Notes under the pieces: generated by a model
Seen by the model: only the letters and a program-made list of their open reading frames with translations
The model's database searches: none
What the model was told of the DNA's origin: nothing
Made by a program: the position numbers and the translations under genes
In this document: positions 12,375 through 22,307 of the stretch, piece after piece
How positions within the stretch are numbered: position 1 is the stretch's first letter
Layout: every line of letters begins with the position of its first letter
Assembly (NCBI GenBank): GCA_963718055.1
Contig: CAVQXZ010000005.1
Location: 590,055-654,054, forward strand
Source of the DNA: an uncultured Holophagae bacterium
Lineage (GTDB): Bacteria; Acidobacteriota; Thermoanaerobaculia; Thermoanaerobaculales; Sulfomarinibacteraceae
Direction: 5' to 3'
DNA: 64,000 nucleotides

Positions 12375-15300
12375 TTACTCGATCGAAATCCCCATCAGCT
12401 CGACCGGAATCACCACCTCCATCTGCACCGGCACCTCCACGATCGGCTCGTCCGGATCGTTGCTGTTCACGCACAGCACCCCGTCGTACGTCCCGACCGC
12501 GATCCCCGTCGAATCAAACGTAACGTCCACCGGGTTCGTCCCGCCAGGAATCGTCGTCCCAGCCGTCGGATTCACGCTCAACCACGGCAGATCCGACGGG
12601 CTCGAGCACGGCCCGCCCGACTGGAACGCAACATAGCCGAGCTGGGTCCCCGGGGTCCCCAGCACCCCCAGCAGCGTCGTGTTCCCCGTTGCGAGGTCCA
12701 CCGCCCGGAGCTCCGCCAGGAAGGTCCCATTGTTGAACGCCGCCATGTACATCGTCCCCGTCACCGAGTCGAAGTCCATCCCCTGACCGTAGTTCGCGTC
12801 AAACCCGATCGACCCGATGATCGTCCCCGCACCCGTTGACTTGTTGATGCTCAGGAGCGAGTCGTTGACCAAATCGTAGGTGTACAGATTCCCCGAATCG
12901 TTCGCCCCGATCCCAATCGAGCACGGCGAGTTGGTGATCGCACCAATCCGCGTCGCCGTCGCCGTCGTCACGTCAATCGTGAACAACGACGAAGTCGTGA
13001 TGTTGCAGCTCGTCGCGTACACGTTCCCCGTCGACGGGTCAAACGTCATCCCCGTGTACGTCTCCCCACCAGGCGGCGTCGCCAACGTCCCGATCGACGT
13101 CTCCGCTCCCGTCGCCGCATCCACCGTCATCAGCGTGCTCGTGTCCCTGATCACGTAGGTCTTCGTCAGGTCGCCCCCGACAAAGTCCCCGGCCCAGAAG
13201 TAGCTCGTCGCCGGACCGAGAGTGTTCAGTGTCCCCGGCGTGTCAGAGTCAAAGTAGATGTGGGTCGAGACCGACGCGTCCGTCGAGAACGCAAAGGTCC
13301 CAGGCAGCCTCACCAGAAGGTTCGGCTCCCCAGCCGCCACGGTCGCCATGCTCTCCTCGGGTGCCCGAGCAAACGACGGCGCCGCCTTCCCGCGTGGGAA
13401 GTCACCGTTGCTCGCCGGAATCTCGATCGGCGCCGCCTCCTCGATGTCCCACACCAGATCCGAGGCACCGACGTTGCCGATCGTCATCGGCAGCGTCACC
13501 ACCGTGTTCGTCATCTGGCTCGACGCCAGGCTCCCCGGTGTCACCGTAATGTCCGGATCCGAGGTCAACACTGAGGCCGTGTCACTGTCCGTCGCCTCCA
13601 CCGTCTCCGTCGGCGTGTACCTCACCGCCTCCGGCGTCGTCAACGACGCAGTCCCCAGGTAGAACTGCAACCCAACCGTACCATCCTGCATTCTCCATCA
13701 CCAGCCGAGTGCGTCCCACCGTCCGACGGCGCCGCCTGGTAGTGCACCTCGATCACACCCGTCGTCTCGTACAGCTTGTACTGCAACGTCACCGGGTTGC
13801 CGCCACGAATAGTGCTGGCATGTTCGTGAACTGCACGATCAGCACGCCGGTTCGGCGCAGCTCCCCAGGGTCTGGTAGTGGACCGTGCCGCCCGCCAGAC
13901 GGATTCATGTCCTCCCACCACCCCGCAATCATCGCGTCCGGCGACCCCGGGCTCGGAATCGGTCTGACCCGTGCAACACCCAGAATTGCTGGTCGTTCAG
14001 CATCGTCACGAACCCGTTCGAACTACACGTACGCAGTCGGTGTACGCCAGTCTCATAAAAGTCAAAGCGTGAACCCGATCGGGAACGCCGGCAGCACCGA
14101 GTCGTCGCGTGAGAGCCAGCGGCGTGCCCGTCCCCGAGATGTCCTCGAAGTTGTACGTGATCGTGTCGTCCACGGTGTACCCGCCGACCGCGGTCGCCGC
14201 GGTCCACGTCCCGGTGTTCACCACCGGACCCGAGACCACGTCCGGAACGATCACCTCCGGACTGAACGCCCCGGGCGCCAGCACGTACGGCAGATCGTTG
14301 AGAATCACACCCAGCTGGTCGTCGTCCAGATCGTGGAAGTTGAAGGTCACATCACCCGTGTTCTCGACCTGGTAGCAGTAGTACACAGTGGGTGCCAGTG
14401 CTCACCGTCACCGTGTCCGTCGTCGCACACACCCCAGGCACGGTGCCCACCGTCTTGTTCAGCACGATCGACGCACCCTGACCTCCAACCACCTCCATCA
14501 TCACCGGCACCACCACCAGGTCGGTGCCGTTGCCGGGGCCGGCGTCCGGGTCGTTGCTGGTGACGCACAAGTTCGCGTTGTAGATTCCGGTCCCGAGGCC
14601 GCTCGAGTCGAAGGTCACAGCCACCGGCGTCGAGCCTCCGCCAGGGATCGTGCCGCTGGTCGGCGCCTCGCTCAGCCACGGCACGTCCGACGGAGAGGTG
14701 CAGAACTGCGGGCCGCCGCCGATCGTGCCGTTGAGGCGGAAGATCAGATCAGGATCGGTCCCGACGGCGCAGCTCGAGACCCGCGGGCCCCAAGCCGTGC
14801 ACGGAGTGCCGAAGCCGCCGCCCGGATTCCGCCAGGCCGACGCGCTGTTGGACTGCACGGTGCGCTCGGTCCAGCCCCACTGGCCGCCGACGCCGAAGTC
14901 CATCCTCGCCTGCACCGACACCCAGTAGGTGCCGGCAGGCAGAACCGCCGGCGTGGTGAGGTCGATCGCAAAAGATCCGCCGACATCAGTCGGCACCAAG
15001 CCGATCGCGCTGTAGACCTCGGTTCCGGGCAGGGTCGCGGCGTCGACGTAGAAGAAGACGTTGACCGCCGGCGCCGGGCCGGTGCCGTTGAAGTAGACAC
15101 CGGCGACCTCGACCTGCTCGATCGTCCACGAGGCGTCGCCGGACGGGATCACGAAGTCGTCCGCCGCTTGGTTGTCGTAGGCGTCAAAGGAGGTCTCGAA
15201 ATCTTGGGAGTTGATGCTGTTGGCGCCGGGGTTGTCGGTCTGGTCGTAGAGCACGGCCTCCGGGCCGCTGTGCGGCGGCAACGCGCCACCGGCCGGGCCG

Positions 15301-17208
15301 GAGGTGGCGATGGAGCTTTTCTGCGTCTGCTGGTCCTCGCCACTCGGCGCCCCCACCATCCCGGCCATCGGGCCCAGGACATGGGTCGGGAGGAGAACGG
15401 TGGGCTCCTCGACGATGGCCCACGTCAGGTCCTCGCCGCCGGTGTTGGCGACGGTCAGGGTCTGCTGGGTCGTGGTGTTGGGATCCTGGATGCTGACCAG
15501 GCTCAACGGATCCACGTTAATGTTCGGCGGCCCCCCTTCCGCGACGATCAGTTCGACGCCCACTATCACCAGGTCGGTACCATTGCCCGGGCCGGGGTCA
15601 GGATCGTTGCTCGACACCTCCAGGCTGCCGCCGTAGCTACCCGGAGCGAGCCCGGTCGAGTCGAAGGTCACCGTCACGTCGACGCACTCGCCCGCCACGA
15701 GCGTCCCCACGAACGGACTCTCAGACAACCAGGGAATGCCGGCTGCTCCGCACACCGGCACGGTGGCCAGCGGGTTGACCGCCTCGTCGCAGGGTTCCGT
15801 GCTCATGGACGCCGGGGTGTAGCTGTCGCTGGAGCATGGATGGTGAGGCACGTTGTTGTAGCCGTCGCCGTCCCAGTACCAGGAGACGCCCGCGTCGGCC
15901 GGGCCGGCCCCGGCGGTCGCATCGAAGCAGTAATAGCCCACACAGTCATCGGTGTAAGCGTGGTAGGCCGGGTGGTAGATGTTCACCTCGTACGGGGGGG
16001 TCTCGAACGACCAGCTGAAGGTGCCCCACGTGCCACCGCCCGTGCAGGATGGCGTTCCCTGCACGTAGACGCTGGATACGTTCCAGTCGGCCGGGAATTT
16101 CTGCCAGACGTTGTAGCGGTACTCCCAGTCGGTGGTCAGTGACTCGGCCCTGAAGCAGAAGGTGCCCGCAGCTCCCGGCGTGTAGCAGGTTTCGCCGCCG
16201 ACCGACGGATCAAAGGCGACGTACGAGCCGCTCAGCGACTTTGGTTGCCCGGCCGGCGCCTTCTCGATCGTCGCGCCCTTGAGCGTTGCCACCTCGCTCA
16301 GACTCCAGGTCAGGTCGGTCTCGCCGGTGTTGCAGATCTGCAGCGTCTGCGTGGTGACGGTATCGGGCAGCTGCGTGGCAGTCAGGCTCAGCGGATTGAC
16401 GTCGATGTTCGGATCCTGCGGCCCGCCTCCGGGCGTGCCCTCGATGATGAAGGGCAGGTCCTGCTGGAAGGTGACGTGCCAGCGCCGGACCCCACGTTGC
16501 GGTCGTGGGGTTGTACTGCAGGCCGTTGGAACCGGGCTTGGCGGTCTGGCCCAGGATGGTCACAGGCGGCGCCCACGGCCCAGAGGCGAGCGTGCCTCCG
16601 GTCTGCCAGTCCAGCCAGTAGGTGCCGGCCGGCAGGACCGTGCCCACGGTCACAGTGTCGGCCATGATCGGGCGCTGGGTGTTGGTGAGGGCGGTGTCGA
16701 GGACGCGGTAACTGTTCGACCATTGGGTGGCCGCCAGCACATTGGTGGTGGTGTCGCCCCAGATCACGCTGCCGCCTGCGCTCGGGTCCCCGTCCCAGAT
16801 CCGCAGGTTGACGTTGTTGATCGTGGAGGTCGTCGTCGACCCGGTCTGGTAGGCGAAGAACGTGACCTCGTTGATGAGCCAGCCGCCCGCTGGGACGGTG
16901 AAGTCGTCGGCCATGCGAAAGCCGGAGCTGATCGCGTGACCGAAGCCGTAGGAGGTCAACCCGATCGCGGTCTGCAGCGCGCTGGCATCGGCGCCGCCGG
17001 CACCGCCGCCGGGGTGGGTGACGAGCGGCCCGTTGTCGTACAGCACAACGTCGGGCCCGTCCCACATCGGGACGTTGAAGTTGGGCGCCGGCCCCGGCGC
17101 CGAGGTCGCCGTGGTGTCTTCGAGCGCCTGGCCGGCGGCCATGCCCGCCATGGCGAAGGTGCCCACGAGGGCCATCACCAGAACCGCGAAGATCTTCAAA
17201 CTGCGCAT
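12375..17208 (-). CDS. Giant secreted modular protein C, C-terminus [12 protein letters not shown]; frameshifted
   Basis: ATG at 17208 with GGAGGAGG RBS and signal peptide [26 protein letters not shown]. ORFs 16210-17241, 14352-16292, 14006-14386 and 12375-13691 tile one protein. Confidence 0.85.
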
Positions 17209-17295
17209 GAAACCCCCTCCTCCGTCAAAATGGCAATCCATTCAGCCTTGTTGAATCACGAATCGAAACCTTGTCTCAAGATTCCGCCATGTCGC

Positions 17296-17345
17296 AATAA
17301 CACTTCTCACAATTTACGACAACCCATTCTGTAATGCAAGTCACT
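17296..17345 (-). promoter_or_regulatory. Sigma70-like promoter of gene C with CRP/FNR-like box(es)
   Basis: TTGCAT(17339-17334)-N17-TAAATT(17316-17311). TGTAA-TGCAAG-TCACT at 17330-17345; weaker AATAA-CACTTC-TCACA at 17296-17311. Confidence 0.6.
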
Positions 17346-17398
17346 GACCACCGCCGGTTGCCGCTCGTCACCTTGCGCACAAGTCGGCGAACTGGAGG

Positions 17399-17428
17399 AA
17401 AAAAAGCCGCCACCCCGGAGGGTGGCGG
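17399..17428 (-). terminator. Rho-independent terminator of gene D
   Basis: Same GCCGCCACCC hairpin with a T7 tract on the minus strand. Confidence 0.9.
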
Positions 17429-17474
17429 CGGTTGGTTCATGTTGGCGCGGTGTCGCCCGCGCGTCTGTTGTCCC

Positions 17475-20400
17475 CTACTCGACCGAGATGCCCATCAGCT
17501 CCACAGGAATCACCACGTCCATCGTCACCGGCACCTCGACCAACGGCTCGTCAGGATCGTTGCTCAGCACGCACAACAGCGCGTTGTACGTCCCAACCCC
17601 GACCACCGTCGCGTCAAACGTCACGTCCACCGGAGTCGACCCGGGACCAGGCGTCGTCCCCGCATCCGGGCTCACGCTCAGCCACGGGATGTCCTCCGGC
17701 ATCATGCACTGCGACGCCGCCCCGTCAATGATGAACGGCAGGTCCTGCGGATAGCTCACGTCCACAAGGGCCGCCCACCCTGTGCTCGTGTACTGCATCG
17801 CGTTCGCCCGGCTTGCCAGTCTGTCCCAGGATCGTCACCGGCGGCTGCCACGGCCCAGAGTAGCTCGCGCTCCCGTTGAACTGCCAGTCCAACCAGTACG
17901 TCCCAGGCGGCAGCACCGTCCCCACCGTCCCCACCACCGCCATGATCGGCCGGTCGGCGTTCGTCAGGGTGCCCTCCAGCACCCGATAGTCGTTGGACCA
18001 TGTCGTGCTCGTCATGATGTTCGTCGTCGTGTTACCCCAGATCACGGTGCCGCCAGCGTTGGGCGGCCCGTTCCAGATCTGCAGGTTCAGCCCGGTGATC
18101 GACGACGTCGTCCCAGACCCCGTCTGGTACGCAAAGAACGTGATCGTGTCGATCTGCCAGCCACCGGCATAGCTGACCACGAAGTCGTCCGCCACCCGGT
18201 TCCCGGCCGACAGCTGCGCGCCAAACCCGTAAATCGTCAGTCCGAGCGACACGTCCTGCAGCGCGCTCGCATCCGCTCCACCTGCGCCCTGCCCAGGATG
18301 CGTGACCAGCGGCCCGTTGTCGTAAATCACCGCCTCCGGCGGCGCCCACGGCCCACGCTCCGGATACCAGGTCGGAGTCTTGCCAGACCGGCACATCCCC
18401 GACCCGCTCCTCTGCCACCGAGGCGTCACCAGGCCCCACCGGATCCAGGATCGGCGGGAACGGCCCCACCGGCCTCGGTCGGCGCACCAGCCTCGTCGAT
18501 CGTCCAGTTCAAGGTCCCGCTGCCGGTGTTGCCGATGTTCAATACCTCGCACGTCCGTCGTGCCCACCAGCAGCGTGCTCGTCAGGCTCGCCGGCGTCAC
18601 GTTGATGTCAGGATCCGACACGTTCACGGTCGCCGTATCGGTCGTACGACGCCGTCTGCTCCACCGTCGGCGTGTACCGCACCGCCTCAGGCGTCGGGAT
18701 CGCCGCCGTCCCGTAGTAGAACTGCAGCCCGACCGTCCCGTCCTGGTTCTCGATCCCCGCCGAATGGTTGCCGCCATCCGACGGCGCCGCCTGGTAGTGC
18801 ACCTCGATGACGTTCGTGCCCTCGAACAGCTTGTACTGCAGCGTCACCGGGTTGCCGCTCGAATAGTGCGGCACGTTCGTCACCTGGAAGATCAGCCGCC
18901 GGTTCGGCGCGCTGCCCCAGCACCTGGTAGTGGTGCGTGCCGCCGCCGGAGGGGTTCATGTCCTCCCACCAACCGGCAATGACGCCGTTTGGTGTCGACA
19001 CGTTCGGCAGGTTCTGACCGGAGCAGCAACCGTTGCTGGTCCCGGTCGTCTCCAGGAAGCCGTTTGACGACACCCAGAAGTCGGTGTACGCCGTCCCGTA
19101 GAAGTCAAAGCTGAACCCGATTGGGAAGGTCGCCGTCGAGTCGTCCGTCAGCGCGACCGGCGTGCCCGTCCCCGAGATGTCCTCGAAGTTGTACGCGATC
19201 GTGTCGTCAAGAATGTACCCGCCGATCGCATCCACCGCCGTCCATGTCCCAGTGTTCACAACCGGCGCCGTGATCGTCTCAGGCACGATCACCTGTGGGC
19301 TGAACGCCCCTGGCGCCAACGTGTACGGCAGGTCGTTCAAAAGCGTCCCCAGTTGATCGTCCACCAGATCGTGGAAGTTGAACGTCACGTCTCCGGTGTT
19401 CTCAACCTGGTAGCAGTAGTACACCTCGGTGCCCGTCGCCACCGTGATGGTGTCGGTCGTGGCGCATACCCCTGCCACCGTACCAACCGTCTTCGTCAGC
19501 TCGATCGACGGACTCGCCCCGCCGACGTTCACAGTCGCCGTGTCCGTCGCTTGCGCCGACGGCCCGCCGACGACTGACGCCGTCCAGGTGCCGGTGTTGG
19601 TCGTGGTGGTGTTGATCACAGACGGGATGCTCAGGCCGGCCTGCACCGTGTTGACGTGGCACCGGGCGCAAGCGAGTAGTTGAGCCCGGTGAAGATCGTC
19701 CCAAGCTGGTTGTCTGACAGGGTCGTGAAGTCGTGAAGGTTACGTCGCCGGTGTTCGTCACCTCGTAGCAGTAGTAGACCGTCGTGCCGGCCGACAACCG
19801 TGATCGTACTGGTCGTCGCGCAGACGCCCGGCGTCGTTCCGACTGTCTTGTTCAAGCTGATCGCCGGGTTTGTTCCCGCCGCGACGTTCAACTCGACTGG
19901 CACGACCACCAGGTCGGTGCCGTTGCCCGGGCCCGGATCCGGATCGTTGCTCGTCACGCACAGGTTCGCGTTGTACGTACCGACCGCAAGGCCGGTCGAG
20001 TCGAAGCTCACCTGGACCGGCGTCGAGGCGCCGCCCGCGGTCGTGCCGTTCGACGGCGCAGTGCTGAGCCACGGGACGTCGGCCGGGCTCTGGCACAGCG
20101 ACGGCGCGCCACTGGCGTACTCGAAGGTGTCGATGCCGATGTAGTCCGAGTTGCTGCCGCTCGGTCCGGCGTCGGTCACGTAGTAGCGGAACCCGACCCT
20201 CCCGGTCGCACCGCCGGGGATCCCGGAGAGGGTAACCGTGAACTGCGTCCACACCTCGGGATAACCGCCCACCGCCAGCGATGGATTGACCGTCAGAAGC
20301 AAGGTCGTGAAGTCGCCCACGTCGGTTGCCAGCGTGCCCACGTTCGTGCTCGAACCGGCCGTACTCAGGCGCACCTCCAGCCGGTCCGGATATACGGAGC

Positions 20401-21694
20401 CGGTCGCGGTGCGGGTCCAGAACGCTATCGTGTCACCGTCGGCGAGCGCGATCTGCGGGGTCAGCATCCAGTTGCTGATCGTCCCCACACCTGACGTGTT
20501 GTTGAAGTTGGCGCCGATGTAAGAGGTCGGGGTGCCTGCATGGGCGGGGAACACAGTGTCGTTGCCCTGGAACCAGTCGGTCAAGCCCAGGGGCGAGCTG
20601 TTGTTCTGGAAGAACCACCCCTGGCCCGGCAGCAGCGTGATGTCTTCAAAGCCCTCCGCGAAGTCCTCCGGCGACTCGTACGCAATCGGCGGGGTCGCAT
20701 CTGGTGTGTACCCGCGGGCACCCACGGCCCCGGTAGCCGGCGGGCGCGGGGCCGAGCCCCCGCCTCCGGACACCACCACCACGTCCGGCTCCTCGAGAAT
20801 GGCCCACGTCAGCGCCTGATCGCCGGTGTTGCCGATGTCGAGGGTCTGGCTGGTCGTGGTGTTCTGCACCTGGGTGCTCGCCAGGCTGAGCGGGGTCACG
20901 TTGATGTTCTGATCGGTCCCGCACGGCCCGCACACGAACTCGATCGCCGCGCCATCCGTGACCGAGGCCGCCAGGTTGCAGGCGTAGGTCAAACCCCAGT
21001 CCGCCGCAGCGTTGTTGCCTTCGATGCCCTCGGTCGAGCCCGAACCTTCCTCCGCGCCGGCGTCCTCGTACTGAATGATGACGTTGCCGCTGCTGGCGAA
21101 GAGGATCGCCTCCCAGGTGCCGGCGATGGCGCACGAAGTGCCGCCCGGGTAGTGGCAGAAGTCGTCATACTGCACGACCAGGCAAGCTCCGCTCCCAATC
21201 GGGCAGGTTCCGAAGGTCTGGTAGTAGACCAGGTCGCCCGTGTCGCCGGGGTCAAGGTCATCCCACATCAGGGCGATGATGTTGTTGGGGGTGGTGGTGT
21301 TCGGCAGGGGGCACTGGTTGGTGAGGGTGCTGGAGCCCGCCCCGAACGAGATGTAGCCGTTGCTGGCGACATAGAAATCGCTGTAGGCGGTCCCGTAGAA
21401 GCTGAAGTTGAAGCCGATGGGGAATGGGCCGAGATAGCCATCGTCGGTCAACCCGGCGATCGCCGTGCCGGTCGTGCTGATCTCCAGCCACTCATAGGTG
21501 GTCGCCTGGCCTGAGTAGCCAAAGCCATCTGGCCCAGGCCACACCGCCTCTGGCCCGGACTGACCCGCCTTCAGGGAGGCGCCATTGTCCACGGCGACCG
21601 CCAGCAGCGGCTGCCTCTCAGCCCCGCCCACTGCCGCCATCATCAGCAGCGCAACCACGATCAAGACTCCGCGATCCAACCAGTGAGCTCTCAT
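17475..21694 (-). CDS. Giant secreted modular protein D (nidogen-like, choice-of-anchor-J-like insert), C-terminus [12 protein letters not shown]; frameshifted
   Basis: ATG at 21694 with GGAGG RBS and signal peptide. ORFs 19631-21775, 18687-19646, 18608-18883, 17725-18777 and 17475-17798 tile one protein. Confidence 0.85.
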
Positions 21695-21820
21695 GACGTC
21701 CTCCCCTCCTGAAGTGCTTCCGCCAGGTGAGGCACCCGCCTCACCGCGTTGGCTTCGATCTACGTTGTGACACACAACACATCCTACGCCAGCCGAGCCC
21801 GGGCAATCAACCCCCTGCCC
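21695..21820 (-). promoter_or_regulatory. Promoter and 5' UTR of gene D, near-identical to that of gene E (26381-26510)
   Basis: TTGATT(21810-21805)-N18-TAGGAT(21786-21781). TGTGA-CACACA-ACACA at 21766-21781. UTR hairpin GGTGAGGC-N4-GCCTCACC. Confidence 0.6.
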
Positions 21821-21901
21821 AGATCAGGAGCGAGGGCCCGCGTCGGACCCCGGACCTGCGCATTCACGGCGTGACGCAGGAGCGCCCGCAATGATCGACC
21901 G

Positions 21902-22229
21902 ATCGAGTAGGAGGCGCCCCGGGTAGGGGCGCCGTCCTCTCACACCACCGTACGTACGGTTCCGTATACGGCGGTTCGAAGCGGACACTGCAGTCGGCGA
22001 TGCTCCTCGAGCAGGCTCAGGAGAGCTGGTACGCCCGTAGCTACTATGGCCTCGGCTGACTTCTGACCCCGCCTCGTGGCGGACGCCCTTGCTGTTCGGC
22101 TCGGAGTTCCGGTCATCACGGCCCCCAGGGGACTTCCACCCCCAAGCCACTTCCCGGCTCGGTTTCCCTCCCCGGTTGCAACCGACATGACCACGCCAGT
22201 CATGTCGCTTCGCGCCATGCCTGGCGCAC
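21902..22229 (-). mobile_element. ORF-less, internally deleted group IIC intron
   Basis: Minus strand starts GTGCGCCAGGCATGG. Ends with domain V GAACCGCCGTATACGGAACCGTACGTACGGTGGTGTGAGAGG and domain VI ...CCTCCTACTCGAT. Inserted directly after a Rho-independent terminator, the established IIC target. Confidence 0.9.
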
Positions 22230-22233
22230 AAAG

Positions 22234-22262
22234 AAAAAGCCGCCACCCCGGAGGGTGGCGGC
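22234..22262 (-). terminator. Rho-independent terminator of gene E (intron target)
   Basis: Same GCCGCCACCC hairpin followed by TTTTTCTTT and then the intron 5' end. Confidence 0.9.
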
Positions 22263-22307
22263 GGTTGGTTCGTGTTGGCGCGGGGTCACCCGCGCGTTGG
22301 TTGTTCC

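Noticed and set aside
7411-13690. Diversity-generating retroelement (TR/VR pair) suggested by near-identical repeats plus a retroelement remnant
   Set aside because: Repeats are over 1 kb and both coding, differences are not adenine-specific, and no RT or avd gene is present.
21695-21780. Riboswitch in the shared D/E leader (also checked the gene A leader)
   Set aside because: Only a single hairpin; I could not recognise c-di-GMP or other riboswitch consensus motifs.
21940-22218. 92-aa ORF between genes D and E
   Set aside because: It is a translation of the intron RNA; only LLSLLEEHRRLQC looks like a true maturase remnant.
7338-22300. Repeated intergenic hairpins as integron attC sites
   Set aside because: No RYYYAAC/GTTRRRY boxes or integrase; they are T-tailed terminators and each gene has its own promoter.
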